Part shown: in pieces, positions 7,308 through 14,494 of the stretch
Layout of the letters: the number at the start of each line of letters is the position of its first letter
Numbering within the stretch: the first letter of the stretch is position 1
Origin: Burkholderiaceae bacterium
Lineage (GTDB): Bacteria; Pseudomonadota; Gammaproteobacteria; Burkholderiales; Burkholderiaceae_D
Length of the DNA stretch: 20,698 nucleotides
Direction: 5' to 3'
NCBI GenBank assembly: GCA_049672545.1
Contig: JBATWJ010000176.1
Location: 1-20,698 of the forward strand
The notes under the pieces: generated by a model
Databases searched by the model: none
The model's input: the letters and a program-made list of their open reading frames with translations, nothing else
What the model was told of the DNA's origin: nothing
Position numbers and translations under genes: made by a program

Positions 7308-7511
7308 CTACTTGAACAGCTTCGTTAGCAGCGCCCAGAGACTTATTGAGGTACGGGAGTAGACCCTGTTGTAGGCGGCGCGCTTCGGACTGGTCAACCA
7401 CCCCCATCCGCGCGGCGCCTTGAGGCCGAGTTTGTGACGCACGAAGCGCTTCGGCGACGTGCGCGCGGCGATCATCTTTTTCAACGATGGTTTCCGGACG
7501 CCAATTTTCAT
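7308..7511 (-). CDS. Small highly basic protein (67 aa)
   Basis: GGAGACCACC precedes the ATG. MKIGVRKPSLKKMIAARTSPKRFVRHKLGLKAPRGWGWLTSPKRAAYNRVYSRTSISLWALLTKLFK. It starts 11 nt after the upstream ORF's stop, so the two form a two-gene leftward unit. No family name recalled. Confidence 0.55.
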   Translation of the reverse strand: MKIGVRKPSLKKMIAARTSPKRFVRHKLGLKAPRGWGWLTSPKRAAYNRVYSRTSISLWALLTKLFK

Positions 7512-7522
7512 GGTGGTCTCCG

Positions 7523-7738
7523 CTACCGCCCACCGACATAGCGGCCACCCTTGCCGCTGCTGCCACGACCACCGACGCGCTTGCTTCCCTTGCGGCCCTT
7601 GACTTGCGGCGCCGGCACGGCGCTATCGGCACTGAAGAAAACTTGGCCGGGAACCCGCTTCAGCACGACGTCCGCTGGCGCAGCAGTGGCCGCTGCGCAG
7701 GCCATCGAAAACACTCCAACCGCGATCAATAGCTTCAT
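7523..7738 (-). CDS. Small secreted Gly/Arg/Lys-rich protein (71 aa)
   Basis: Sec-type signal MKLLIAVGVFSMACAAATA|APAD. The C-terminus is KGRKGSKRVGGRGSSGKGGRYVGGR. GGGGG lies upstream of the ATG, and GC3 is good in this frame. The overlapping track ORFs (7487..7732 +, 7551..7775 +, 7210..7632 -) are judged to be shadows. Confidence 0.55.
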   Translation of the reverse strand: MKLLIAVGVFSMACAAATAAPADVVLKRVPGQVFFSADSAVPAPQVKGRKGSKRVGGRGSSGKGGRYVGGR

Positions 7739-7810
7739 TTACTCGCCCCCCGTGATTGGCATCAGCACAATTTGATGCAGCGTTTCAACTATTGCACAAA
7801 CAAAATTAAA

Positions 7811-7862
7811 TTGAAGTAGCGTTACGCTATTTTATCCTTGCACTAAATTTAGCGTTACGCTA
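7811..7862. promoter_or_regulatory. Distal (OL-like) operator pair with a putative rightward sigma70 promoter
   Basis: Two identical perfect palindromes TAGCGTTACGCTA at 7817-7829 and 7850-7862, centres 33 bp apart. Their half-sites match the three operators at 5711-5772. TTGAAG (7811-7816), 16 nt, TATCCT (7833-7838) reads rightward with operator A in its spacer and operator B just downstream. A leftward promoter cannot be excluded. Confidence 0.6.
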
Positions 7863-7866
7863 TTCT

Positions 7867-7895
7867 GCCTCCGTTTCCACCCAGAAACCGGAGGC
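7867..7895. other. Strong stem-loop without adjacent U-tract
   Basis: GCCTCCGTTTC-caccca-GAAACCGGAGGC, about 11 bp of stem with one bulged G. It lies between the distal operators and the 3' end of the SieB-like gene. Neither strand has a T-run immediately after the stem, so a canonical intrinsic terminator is doubtful. Confidence 0.4.
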
Positions 7896-7950
7896 CACCT
7901 TGCAGCATCCCCGCTTTTTTTCAACCAAGACAACACCCCACGGCAGCGCG

Positions 7951-8499
7951 TCAGTAGAGGCTTATGTGCCGGTCGGTTCGTGCGATATCCGTACTGCCGT
8001 CGAGCAGGTCCGGATATTCGTTGAGGTACTGCCAGGCGAAATCGCTGATGTTGTGCGCAAACCCCTCGATGATGCTGCCCTGCGCGGCGGCACGGTAAAT
8101 GATCCGCGCGGCTACCAAACCCTGCACGACGCCATCGTCGATACGCAGTGTATTGCTGCGCGTCTCCTGGCCTATGTAGAACCGGAGTATCTGCTTTTCG
8201 TCTTCAGTCAGAGCGTGCAGGCGCTCCGTCATACGCTGCTGGAACTTCCGCTTTCGCCTCCAGGTGTCGACCAGCGCACCGGCACGGATACATACGCCCA
8301 CCAGCAGCAGCGCGATCGAACCCAGCAACGCCAACCCCATCACCGAGCGATTGTCCTTTGCAAATTGGGCAACGCCGAGGTGCTGCAGCAGTTGCTCGTC
8401 GGCATACAACAGGACCCCCGCCACCACGCCGAACGCCACGAAATAACGTGGCGCCAGCTTCAAGAGCTCCAGCAGCGCCTTGACGATCTCCGCAGTCAT
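7951..8499 (-). CDS. Superinfection exclusion protein B (SieB)-like membrane protein
   Basis: 182 aa. Two N-terminal hydrophobic helices (YFVAFGVVAGVLLY; VMGLALLGSIALLLVGVCI) are followed by a basic patch RRKRKFQQ. Then comes LHALTEDEKQILRFYIGQETRSNTLRIDDGVVQGLVAARIIY, which matches the SieB family pattern (Lt..Ek.iLr.f......t..l..dd.vv.gL....Ii). The codon-aligned plus-strand ORF 7900..8514 is Gln/His/Arg-rich shadow. Confidence 0.75.
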   Translation of the reverse strand: MTAEIVKALLELLKLAPRYFVAFGVVAGVLLYADEQLLQHLGVAQFAKDNRSVMGLALLGSIALLLVGVCIRAGALVDTWRRKRKFQQRMTERLHALTEDEKQILRFYIGQETRSNTLRIDDGVVQGLVAARIIYRAAAQGSIIEGFAHNISDFAWQYLNEYPDLLDGSTDIARTDRHISLY

Positions 8500-8543
8500 T
8501 TCTTTCCCCGTTGAAAAAATTTCATTCTGCCACGGAGGCCGCC

Positions 8544-8876
8544 ATGCAACACAGCATCACCATCCAGATCGACACCGATCAGCTGCAGAACGTCACTGAC
8601 ACTCATCTCGCGACCCTCTGGCACGTCGCCCAAGCCAACCCTGCGCCGCATACCACTCCTGACGCAGGCGCAATAGCAGAAAAAATCGGCCGCGAGATCA
8701 TCCGTCGCTTCCTCGCCACCACCCCGCCAGAGCTGTACTTTCATCAAGGCCGCGACTACTACCATCACACGCTGGTCCAGCACGGCTATTGGCCCGGCCC
8801 CAAGCATGACAAATGGGTTTACGACCCGAGCAAGGGAGTCCAGACGTCTGCACAACCCGCCGAGGTGACCAAATGA
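8544..8876 (+). CDS. Hypothetical protein (110 aa), first gene of the rightward operon
   Basis: Start is ATG 8544 (MQHSITIQ) with GGAGG 6 nt upstream. The track start at 8511 lacks an RBS. Good GC3. Confidence 0.6.
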   Translation: MQHSITIQIDTDQLQNVTDTHLATLWHVAQANPAPHTTPDAGAIAEKIGREIIRRFLATTPPELYFHQGRDYYHHTLVQHGYWPGPKHDKWVYDPSKGVQTSAQPAEVTK

Positions 8877-9034
8877 CGGCCGCCTGGCGCGTGACGGTCA
8901 ACCGGCCCGGCAAGCCGACGCTGCGGTTCTTCGCCCTCGGCCGCAGCAGCACCGCGATCCACGCCACCGAGCTGGAGCGCTTCGGCGGCCTGTGCAGCGT
9001 CGCCGTGCTGCCGATCGAGCGGAGGCCGTCATGA
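8873..9034 (+). CDS. Hypothetical protein (53 aa)
   Basis: MTAAWRVTVNRPGKPTLRFFALGRSS... The ATG overlaps the preceding stop (ATGA at 8873-8876), and its own stop overlaps the next ATG. Confidence 0.45.
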   Translation: MTAAWRVTVNRPGKPTLRFFALGRSSTAIHATELERFGGLCSVAVLPIERRPS

Positions 9035-9519
9035 GCGCCGGTGAGTCCTACTGGATCCCCGGCAAGGTGCGCGTGCGCGCTTCGGCTCCCGACCCCCTCT
9101 GTGGCTTGCGCGGGCACGCGTATATAGCGGCCCGAGGGCTGGGAAAGCCGGCGGCGCGCCTGCCGGCCGACGACGAAGCCGAGCGCGCCGCTGCGCGGGC
9201 GAACCTGATCAAGGCGATTAACCAGCGCCCGGCCTTGCCGGGCGAAGGGAATACGAACGGGCATGCCGATGGCATGCGCGCTTGCACAGCGCCCGCCGGG
9301 ACGTATGGTGCCCCGCTCAGCCGCGAGCTGATCCAGGCGATCAAGCAGCTGCTCGCGGAGCCTGCGTCGATACGTCTGGCCCGCATGACCGGCGCGGCCG
9401 ACTTCCTGCCGATACCGCCACGGCGCTACGCCATCATCGTGCCGGCGCCGTCCGGGCATCCCGACCTGGTCGCCCAGCTGCAGGCGCAGCAGGCCATCAA
9501 CCGCGCGAGGTCGCGATGA
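9031..9519 (+). CDS. Hypothetical protein (162 aa)
   Basis: MSAGESYWIPGKVRV... ATGA overlap at 9031-9034. High GC3 in this frame. The antisense ORF 8698..9459 is rejected. Confidence 0.55.
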   Translation: MSAGESYWIPGKVRVRASAPDPLCGLRGHAYIAARGLGKPAARLPADDEAERAAARANLIKAINQRPALPGEGNTNGHADGMRACTAPAGTYGAPLSRELIQAIKQLLAEPASIRLARMTGAADFLPIPPRRYAIIVPAPSGHPDLVAQLQAQQAINRARSR

Positions 9520-9785
9520 ACAACCCCGTCCCCGCCTCGTCGCTGGCTCTGCAAAAGCTGGCCGATCGCATCGTCCCGCCGGCGCCGCGCGCGCTGCCGG
9601 ATGAAGACCGCGACAGCCCGGTCCTGCGCGTCTTCAACGCGCTGCGCAATGCCGGCTACACCATCGGCACGCCGATCCGCGCCTACCCGCCGCGCGCCCG
9701 CTATCACGCCGACTGGCATGTCCGCATCAGCCGGCCCGAGTTCGAATTCACCCTCTCTTTCCTCGTGCCCGAAGACGTTTCCTGA
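9516..9785 (+). CDS. Hypothetical protein (89 aa)
   Basis: MNNPVPASSLALQKLADRIV... ATGA overlap at 9516-9519. It is the C-terminal part of track ORF 9282..9785. Confidence 0.5.
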   Translation: MNNPVPASSLALQKLADRIVPPAPRALPDEDRDSPVLRVFNALRNAGYTIGTPIRAYPPRARYHADWHVRISRPEFEFTLSFLVPEDVS

Positions 9786-9817
9786 GCGCGCCCGCCAACC
9801 TCTTGAGCCACCACCTC

Positions 9818-10375
9818 ATGACACCCAATATCCATAACTGCATTCAGACCGTCTCCGGCCGCTACGTGAATCTGCTGGAGCCCGACCCGGAGTCGATCAC
9901 CATCACCGACATCGCCCGCGCGCTGTCGCTGATCAACCGCTTTGGCGGCCACACGCGCACGCCGTATACCGTCGCGCAGCACTCGATCCTGGTCGCCGGC
10001 ATCATGCCGCGCGAATGGCAGCTGCACGGCCTGCTGCACGACGCCGCCGAGGCCTACCTCGGCGACATGGTGCAGCCGCTGAAGCACCAGCCGGAGATGC
10101 GCCCGTTCCGCGAGCGCGAGAGCGTGATGCAGGCCGCGATCTACAAGAGCCTCGGCCTCTCGCCCTGCTCACCGGACGGCTGCCATGACGCCGTGCGCCG
10201 CGCCGACCTGACGGTGCTGGCGACCGAGCGCCGCGACCTGATGCCGCCCGACGCGCAGCCCTGGGTGATCCTGACCGGCATCGAGCCGATGCACAAGCGC
10301 ATCCGCCCGATGCGGCCGCAGGTGGCCGAGGCCGAGTTCCTGTCGCGCTTCAAAGAACTGGCGGGGCTGCAATGA
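9818..10375 (+). CDS. HD-domain phosphohydrolase (YfbR-like 5'-nucleotidase fold)
   Basis: Conserved metal-binding pattern: TVAQHS...GLLHDAAEAYLGD...ADL. I use ATG 9818 (MTPNIHN); the track begins at TTG 9803. Confidence 0.7.
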   Translation: MTPNIHNCIQTVSGRYVNLLEPDPESITITDIARALSLINRFGGHTRTPYTVAQHSILVAGIMPREWQLHGLLHDAAEAYLGDMVQPLKHQPEMRPFRERESVMQAAIYKSLGLSPCSPDGCHDAVRRADLTVLATERRDLMPPDAQPWVILTGIEPMHKRIRPMRPQVAEAEFLSRFKELAGLQ

Positions 10376-10788
10376 GCGCCGCCGTTTTGACCGCGCTGAA
10401 AGATGCGCAGAAGTGCCTCGCACGCGAGATCGCGCGGCTCGAACAGGCTGCAGGCGGCGCCACAGCTGCTGCCGGGGACTATACGCTCGTGCCGAATCGC
10501 GCCTTGAACGAGCACGTCGGCGCCGCCGTGTTCAACCTGGCCGCCCTGCGATTGAACACCGACCCGCGGCTGCTTGCCGCTCTGAAGCCGCCCGCGCCGG
10601 CCGGGTCCGAGGCTGCCGATTCGGCCGTGTCCGCCGACTGGCGCCTGCAGAGGTTCGGCGCGGAAGACTGGGTCACCACCGCCTTTTTCGTGTCGTTCGA
10701 TGAGGCCTGGGCCGCATACAGCTGGGCATGCAACGCGCGGCCGGAAGCGGAATTCCGTATTGCGTTGCGTGCGAAGGAGTCGTCATGA
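10372..10788 (+). CDS. Hypothetical protein (138 aa)
   Basis: ATGA overlap at 10372-10375. MSAAVLTALKDAQKCLAREIARLEQ... No family recognised. Confidence 0.55.
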   Translation: MSAAVLTALKDAQKCLAREIARLEQAAGGATAAAGDYTLVPNRALNEHVGAAVFNLAALRLNTDPRLLAALKPPAPAGSEAADSAVSADWRLQRFGAEDWVTTAFFVSFDEAWAAYSWACNARPEAEFRIALRAKESS

Positions 10789-11312
10789 GAACACTCCGCC
10801 GCAAACAGCACCGCCCACGCCGCATCGATCCCGCCGGCGGCCTGTCCGTGTTCCTGCGCATGCAGGACCGCGCCGAGAATGCCCGGCCGATCGGCAACGA
10901 CGCCCGCACCGACCTGCAGCTGGCCTACTGGATCAGCTTCCACGCCATGACGCAAGGCGCATCGAGCGAGGAACACTGGTCCGTGGTCGCCGTCTCGCTC
11001 AACGTCGCGCTGATCCTCACCGAACACGGCTTCGGCCGCGAATACGAGCCCTACGTCATCAAGGCGCTGGACGCCGCTTTCCGCGCCCACCAGCGCGGCC
11101 AGCGCACCGGCGCCTGGCGCTACGACGGCGAAGGCATCAACGCCGTGCGCGACGCGCTGGAGCTGCACGACGAGCAGCTGGCCCTGGCCACCAAAGACCA
11201 GGTGCGTGCCGCCCTCGCCGAAGTCAATCGCCGCGTCGACGCCGGCGACGTCTACCAGGCCGTTCCGCTTTCCGCCCCCGCCACCACCACCCCCGAAGGG
11301 ATCGCCTTATGA
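10785..11312 (+). CDS. Hypothetical protein (175 aa)
   Basis: MRTLRRKQHRPRRIDPAGG... ATGA overlap at 10785-10788. It is the C-terminal part of track ORF 10728..11312. Confidence 0.55.
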   Translation: MRTLRRKQHRPRRIDPAGGLSVFLRMQDRAENARPIGNDARTDLQLAYWISFHAMTQGASSEEHWSVVAVSLNVALILTEHGFGREYEPYVIKALDAAFRAHQRGQRTGAWRYDGEGINAVRDALELHDEQLALATKDQVRAALAEVNRRVDAGDVYQAVPLSAPATTTPEGIAL

Positions 11313-11632
11313 GAGTGAACATCTACGCCGAAGAAATGACGGATCGAATCGAGATCATCAGCAAAGAGATCGACGGACGATCCTACACCGGCCTGCGCCT
11401 TTATCTCGAACTGCCCGTCACGCTGCCGGATGGCTCCAACAAGGCCGGCCCATTCATGCACCGTCCCGGCGACGACGACAGCGCTGCCATCACGTTCTGG
11501 GGCAAGCGCGACCTGCGCGCGGTGCTGCGCCAGATGCTGACGAAGCTGGACGAACACTACGGCCAGGCGGCGCCTGGCGCAGCGCAACCCCTTCCGGGCG
11601 CGACGCCCGACAACTCCAGGAGCCCCGCATGA
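11309..11632 (+). CDS. Hypothetical protein (107 aa)
   Basis: MRVNIYAEEMTDRIEIISKEIDGRSYTGLRLYLELPV... ATGA overlaps at both ends (11309 and 11629). The rest of track ORF 10700..11632 is Arg/Pro-rich out-of-frame read-through. Confidence 0.55.
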   Translation: MRVNIYAEEMTDRIEIISKEIDGRSYTGLRLYLELPVTLPDGSNKAGPFMHRPGDDDSAAITFWGKRDLRAVLRQMLTKLDEHYGQAAPGAAQPLPGATPDNSRSPA

Positions 11633-13608
11633 ACACCATCGTTGAACCCGCTTTCGGCATCATCCCGCTCGATCTGATCCGCGAGAGCAAGACTAATCCA
11701 CGCAAGCGCTTTTCCGAAACCGCGCTGGGCGAGCTGGCCGAGAGCATCAATCGCTCCGGCGTCGGCCAGCCGATCCTGGTGCGGCCACTGGCCAATGAAG
11801 ACGGCGAGCCGGCCCACCGCGTCGAGATCGTCGCCGGCGCCCGCCGCTACCGTGCCTCGCTGCTGGCCGGCAAGGACAGCATCCCGGCGATCGTGCGCGA
11901 TATGTCCGACGCCGAGGTGTTGGAATTCCAGCTGGTCGAAAACCTGCAGCGCGAAGACGTCCACCCGATCGAAGAGGCCGAGGGTTACGAGCGGATGATG
12001 TCGGAGCTGCATCTGAACGCCGACCAGGTCGCCGAGAAAGTCGGCAAGAGCCGTTCGTACATCTACGGCCGCCTGAAGCTGTGCGCGCTGACGCCGGACG
12101 CGCGCGAGGCGTTCTACGACGGCAAGCTGTCGGCCAGCACCGCGCTGCTGATCGCCCGCATCCCGGTGCCCGAGCTGCAGGTGCGCGCGATCAAGGATGT
12201 CTGTGGCAGAAACGGCGGCGAACCGATGTCGTACCGGACCGCGCAGAACCACATCAGCCACAACTTTACGCTGCATCTGTCTAAAGCGCCCTGGTCGATC
12301 GACGATGCCGAACTGCTGCCCGGCGCCGGGAGCTGCGCCGCATGCCCGAAGCGCTGCGGCAATCAGCCGGAGATCTACCCGGACGCGCATCCAGACGTCT
12401 GCACTGATCCGGATTGTTTCGATCAGAAGCGCAAGGCTAGTTACGCACGGATCGAGACCACCGCCGCCAGCGACGGCATACCGATTTTTGATTACGAGTC
12501 AACGGAAGGCAAAAACCTAAGAACTAGTGCCGATCACAGTCTTGATTACGAGCAGCTGTATTCGATGGACCGGGAAAAATCCGGCAGCCAGCGTTACCAG
12601 CGCCTCGATGAAGTCCTCTCGCACGACCAACTCCCGCCGACAGTTGCATTTCTTCGGCTCAGCGACGGAAGCTTGACCGGCGTCTACTTGAAGACCGCGA
12701 TGCAGGCAGCGCTGGAGCGCGCCTGCATCTGCTACACCGAAGCCGAGCAGGCAGAGATCGACCGGCAGAACGAGCAATCTGAAGAACCCGAAACCGCGGA
12801 ACAGATCGCAAAGCGCGCGCAAAAGGCCGCGGAGGCTGAGGCTCGCAACCGCCGCGCCGACGAAGAGACCGCGCTGCGCCTCGAAACCTACCGCCGGATT
12901 CGGTCGAAGAATAACGGCATCACCGACGCTGCGCTCCGGTACATCGCTAAAACCTTCCTGTCCGAATATCCCGTTCTCACAGAATTGTCGGAGTTTTACC
13001 CGGACGGCTGCGACCATGAAGCGATCACCAAGATGATCGATACCGCCTCAAGGCCGACGGTGGAATGCATGCTGCTGGACCTGTGCACCTCATTTCTTAT
13101 CTCGGTCGCCACCTGGGAAATCGACAGGACCAACGGCCGCGACGACGAATATCAGGAGCTTGCCGAGTTAGCCAGCGCGCACGGCATCGACATCGAGCAG
13201 GTGCGCGCCGAACTGTACCCGCCGGCACCGCCGGCCGAGCCTGAAGATCAGGCCAAACAGCCAGAGCCGACTGAGGAGCATGCGGATCCTGCCGCCGCCG
13301 CAGATCCTGCGGAACCCGCAAAGGATAGCCACGAGCCCCTCGCGATCGGCGACACGGTGCGCATCAAGGATGGTCTCAAAGGCCCGAACGGCAAGGCGCG
13401 CAAGTGCTGCGGCCGCACCGGCACGATCTCTTCTGCCGTCGACGGCGCCTATGTCGTGACGGTCGGCAAATCCAACCATGCTCAGCTGACACGCGACGAC
13501 CTGGAGAAGGTCCAGCCGGCGGCCGAGCCGCAGGAAGAAGCCAAGCCGGCGGCACCTGCAGATGCATATGCGAACTCGGCGTGGCCGTTTCCGCGGAGGG
13601 GAAGCTGA
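11629..13608 (+). CDS. ParB/Srx N-terminal-domain protein (659 aa) with HTH, Cys cluster and KOW/SH3-like tail; no ParA partner
   Basis: Start is ATG 11629 (MNTIVEPAFGIIPLDLI), an ATGA overlap. ParB box II-like IVAGARRYRA, box III LVENLQREDV, and an HTH (ADQVAEKVGKSRSYIYGRLKL). Cys cluster CAACPKRCGN..VCTDPDC. Acidic/Pro-rich linker. C-terminal IGDTVRIKDGLKGPNGKARKCCGRTGTI. The 141-aa N-terminal extension in track ORF 11206..13608 is rejected. Confidence 0.8.
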   Translation: MNTIVEPAFGIIPLDLIRESKTNPRKRFSETALGELAESINRSGVGQPILVRPLANEDGEPAHRVEIVAGARRYRASLLAGKDSIPAIVRDMSDAEVLEFQLVENLQREDVHPIEEAEGYERMMSELHLNADQVAEKVGKSRSYIYGRLKLCALTPDAREAFYDGKLSASTALLIARIPVPELQVRAIKDVCGRNGGEPMSYRTAQNHISHNFTLHLSKAPWSIDDAELLPGAGSCAACPKRCGNQPEIYPDAHPDVCTDPDCFDQKRKASYARIETTAASDGIPIFDYESTEGKNLRTSADHSLDYEQLYSMDREKSGSQRYQRLDEVLSHDQLPPTVAFLRLSDGSLTGVYLKTAMQAALERACICYTEAEQAEIDRQNEQSEEPETAEQIAKRAQKAAEAEARNRRADEETALRLETYRRIRSKNNGITDAALRYIAKTFLSEYPVLTELSEFYPDGCDHEAITKMIDTASRPTVECMLLDLCTSFLISVATWEIDRTNGRDDEYQELAELASAHGIDIEQVRAELYPPAPPAEPEDQAKQPEPTEEHADPAAAADPAEPAKDSHEPLAIGDTVRIKDGLKGPNGKARKCCGRTGTISSAVDGAYVVTVGKSNHAQLTRDDLEKVQPAAEPQEEAKPAAPADAYANSAWPFPRRGS

Positions 13609-14141
13609 TGGATGCCAAAGATAAAGTATGGCAGGAGCTGTTCTGGCAGGTGGCAAAAGAATTGAACTGCCTGCCAAGCTCCTTTCCAGATGCAAATGAT
13701 CATGTGCTGCGCAAGGCCCGCACTTTGACTGCTCAGGTAGCGTCGGCAAGGAATGATGCGCTGGAAGAAGCGGCTCAAGCCGCCGAGCGTCATGACATGG
13801 CGGGCCGAGAATGGATTCCAGGCAGCTTATGGGACACGTTATCGCGGGAGGCGTCTGCCCGCATCCGCGCCCTGCAAGACCTGCCAGCCGCGCAGGTGAC
13901 GGATCAAGAGGAGGATGCTGACCCGATTCGCGCCTTGATTGCCGATCATGCAGCAAGGCTCGATGAAAACCCATATTGCTATTTCGAGCTGGCCTACACC
14001 CGACACACCGGCTGGATGGCTTGGCTGTGCAGCAATCTGCGCGAGTCCGATCCTAATCGGGAAATCATCGCCCAAGGGCAAGGCGACACGCCAGATGAAG
14101 CCTGTAGCGCCGCCACTACCGCAAGCAAGGGGGCGCGATGA
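13608..14141 (+). CDS. Hypothetical protein (177 aa), possibly Ead/Ea22-like
   Basis: The ATG at 13608 overlaps the ParB-like stop by 1 nt (TGATG), with GGAGGGG upstream. The coiled N-terminal half (ARNDALEEAAQAAERHD...ARIRAL) and C-terminal PYCYFELAYTRHTGWMAWL remind me of lambdoid Ea22-type early-left proteins. That family call is weak. Confidence 0.55.
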   Translation: MDAKDKVWQELFWQVAKELNCLPSSFPDANDHVLRKARTLTAQVASARNDALEEAAQAAERHDMAGREWIPGSLWDTLSREASARIRALQDLPAAQVTDQEEDADPIRALIADHAARLDENPYCYFELAYTRHTGWMAWLCSNLRESDPNREIIAQGQGDTPDEACSAATTASKGAR

Positions 14142-14494
14142 TCTGGCCTTACAAGCGCACACGGAAGCTGTCGTTTGCCGAACGTGTCGCAGAAGCACCG
14201 ATGCCGCCATGTGGAGACAAGCAGGAGCACTACGACTGGGAATGGCAGATGAGGATGTGCTGCCCACTATGTGCGGCAAGGCAGGAAGTCCGGCGGCGCA
14301 ACCGAGAACAGGACCAATTGGCTGAGAAAATCGCCATCGCCGTAGTTAGAAAAATGAATCTCGCCGCAAGCAAGGAGACATCGCTATCTCAGCCAAGGGG
14401 CGCCGCAATGAGCAACGATAAAATGCGCGCCGCGATCGACGCCGCCCTGAACGAGACAGCGCAGCCAGCCGAGCAGCCGAAGGGGGAAGCGTGA
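14138..14494 (+). CDS. Hypothetical protein (118 aa), Cys-containing
   Basis: ATGA overlap at 14138-14141. MIWPYKRTRKLSFAERV..PPCGDKQEHYDWEWQMRMCCPLCAARQ. No family recognised. Confidence 0.5.
   Translation: MIWPYKRTRKLSFAERVAEAPMPPCGDKQEHYDWEWQMRMCCPLCAARQEVRRRNREQDQLAEKIAIAVVRKMNLAASKETSLSQPRGAAMSNDKMRAAIDAALNETAQPAEQPKGEA

Noticed and set aside
7900-8514. 204-aa plus-strand ORF opposite sieB (considered as a possible first gene of the rightward operon or an N-like protein)
   Set aside because: It is codon-aligned antisense to a frame with two transmembrane helices and the SieB motif. Its product is Gln/His/Arg-rich with no features, and it starts at a TTG with no RBS.
10700-11632. 310-aa ORF, and the 141-aa N-terminal extension of the ParB ORF (11206..11628)
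   Set aside because: These are extremely Arg/Pro-rich out-of-frame read-throughs of neighbouring genes. The ATGA junctions give a consistent set of shorter genes with good third-position G/C bias.
13629-13676. Three copies of TGGCAGG (two direct, one inverted) considered as a ParB or regulator binding site
   Set aside because: A short 7-mer inside a coding region at the start of the 177-aa ORF, with no spacing regularity. Chance occurrence is plausible.
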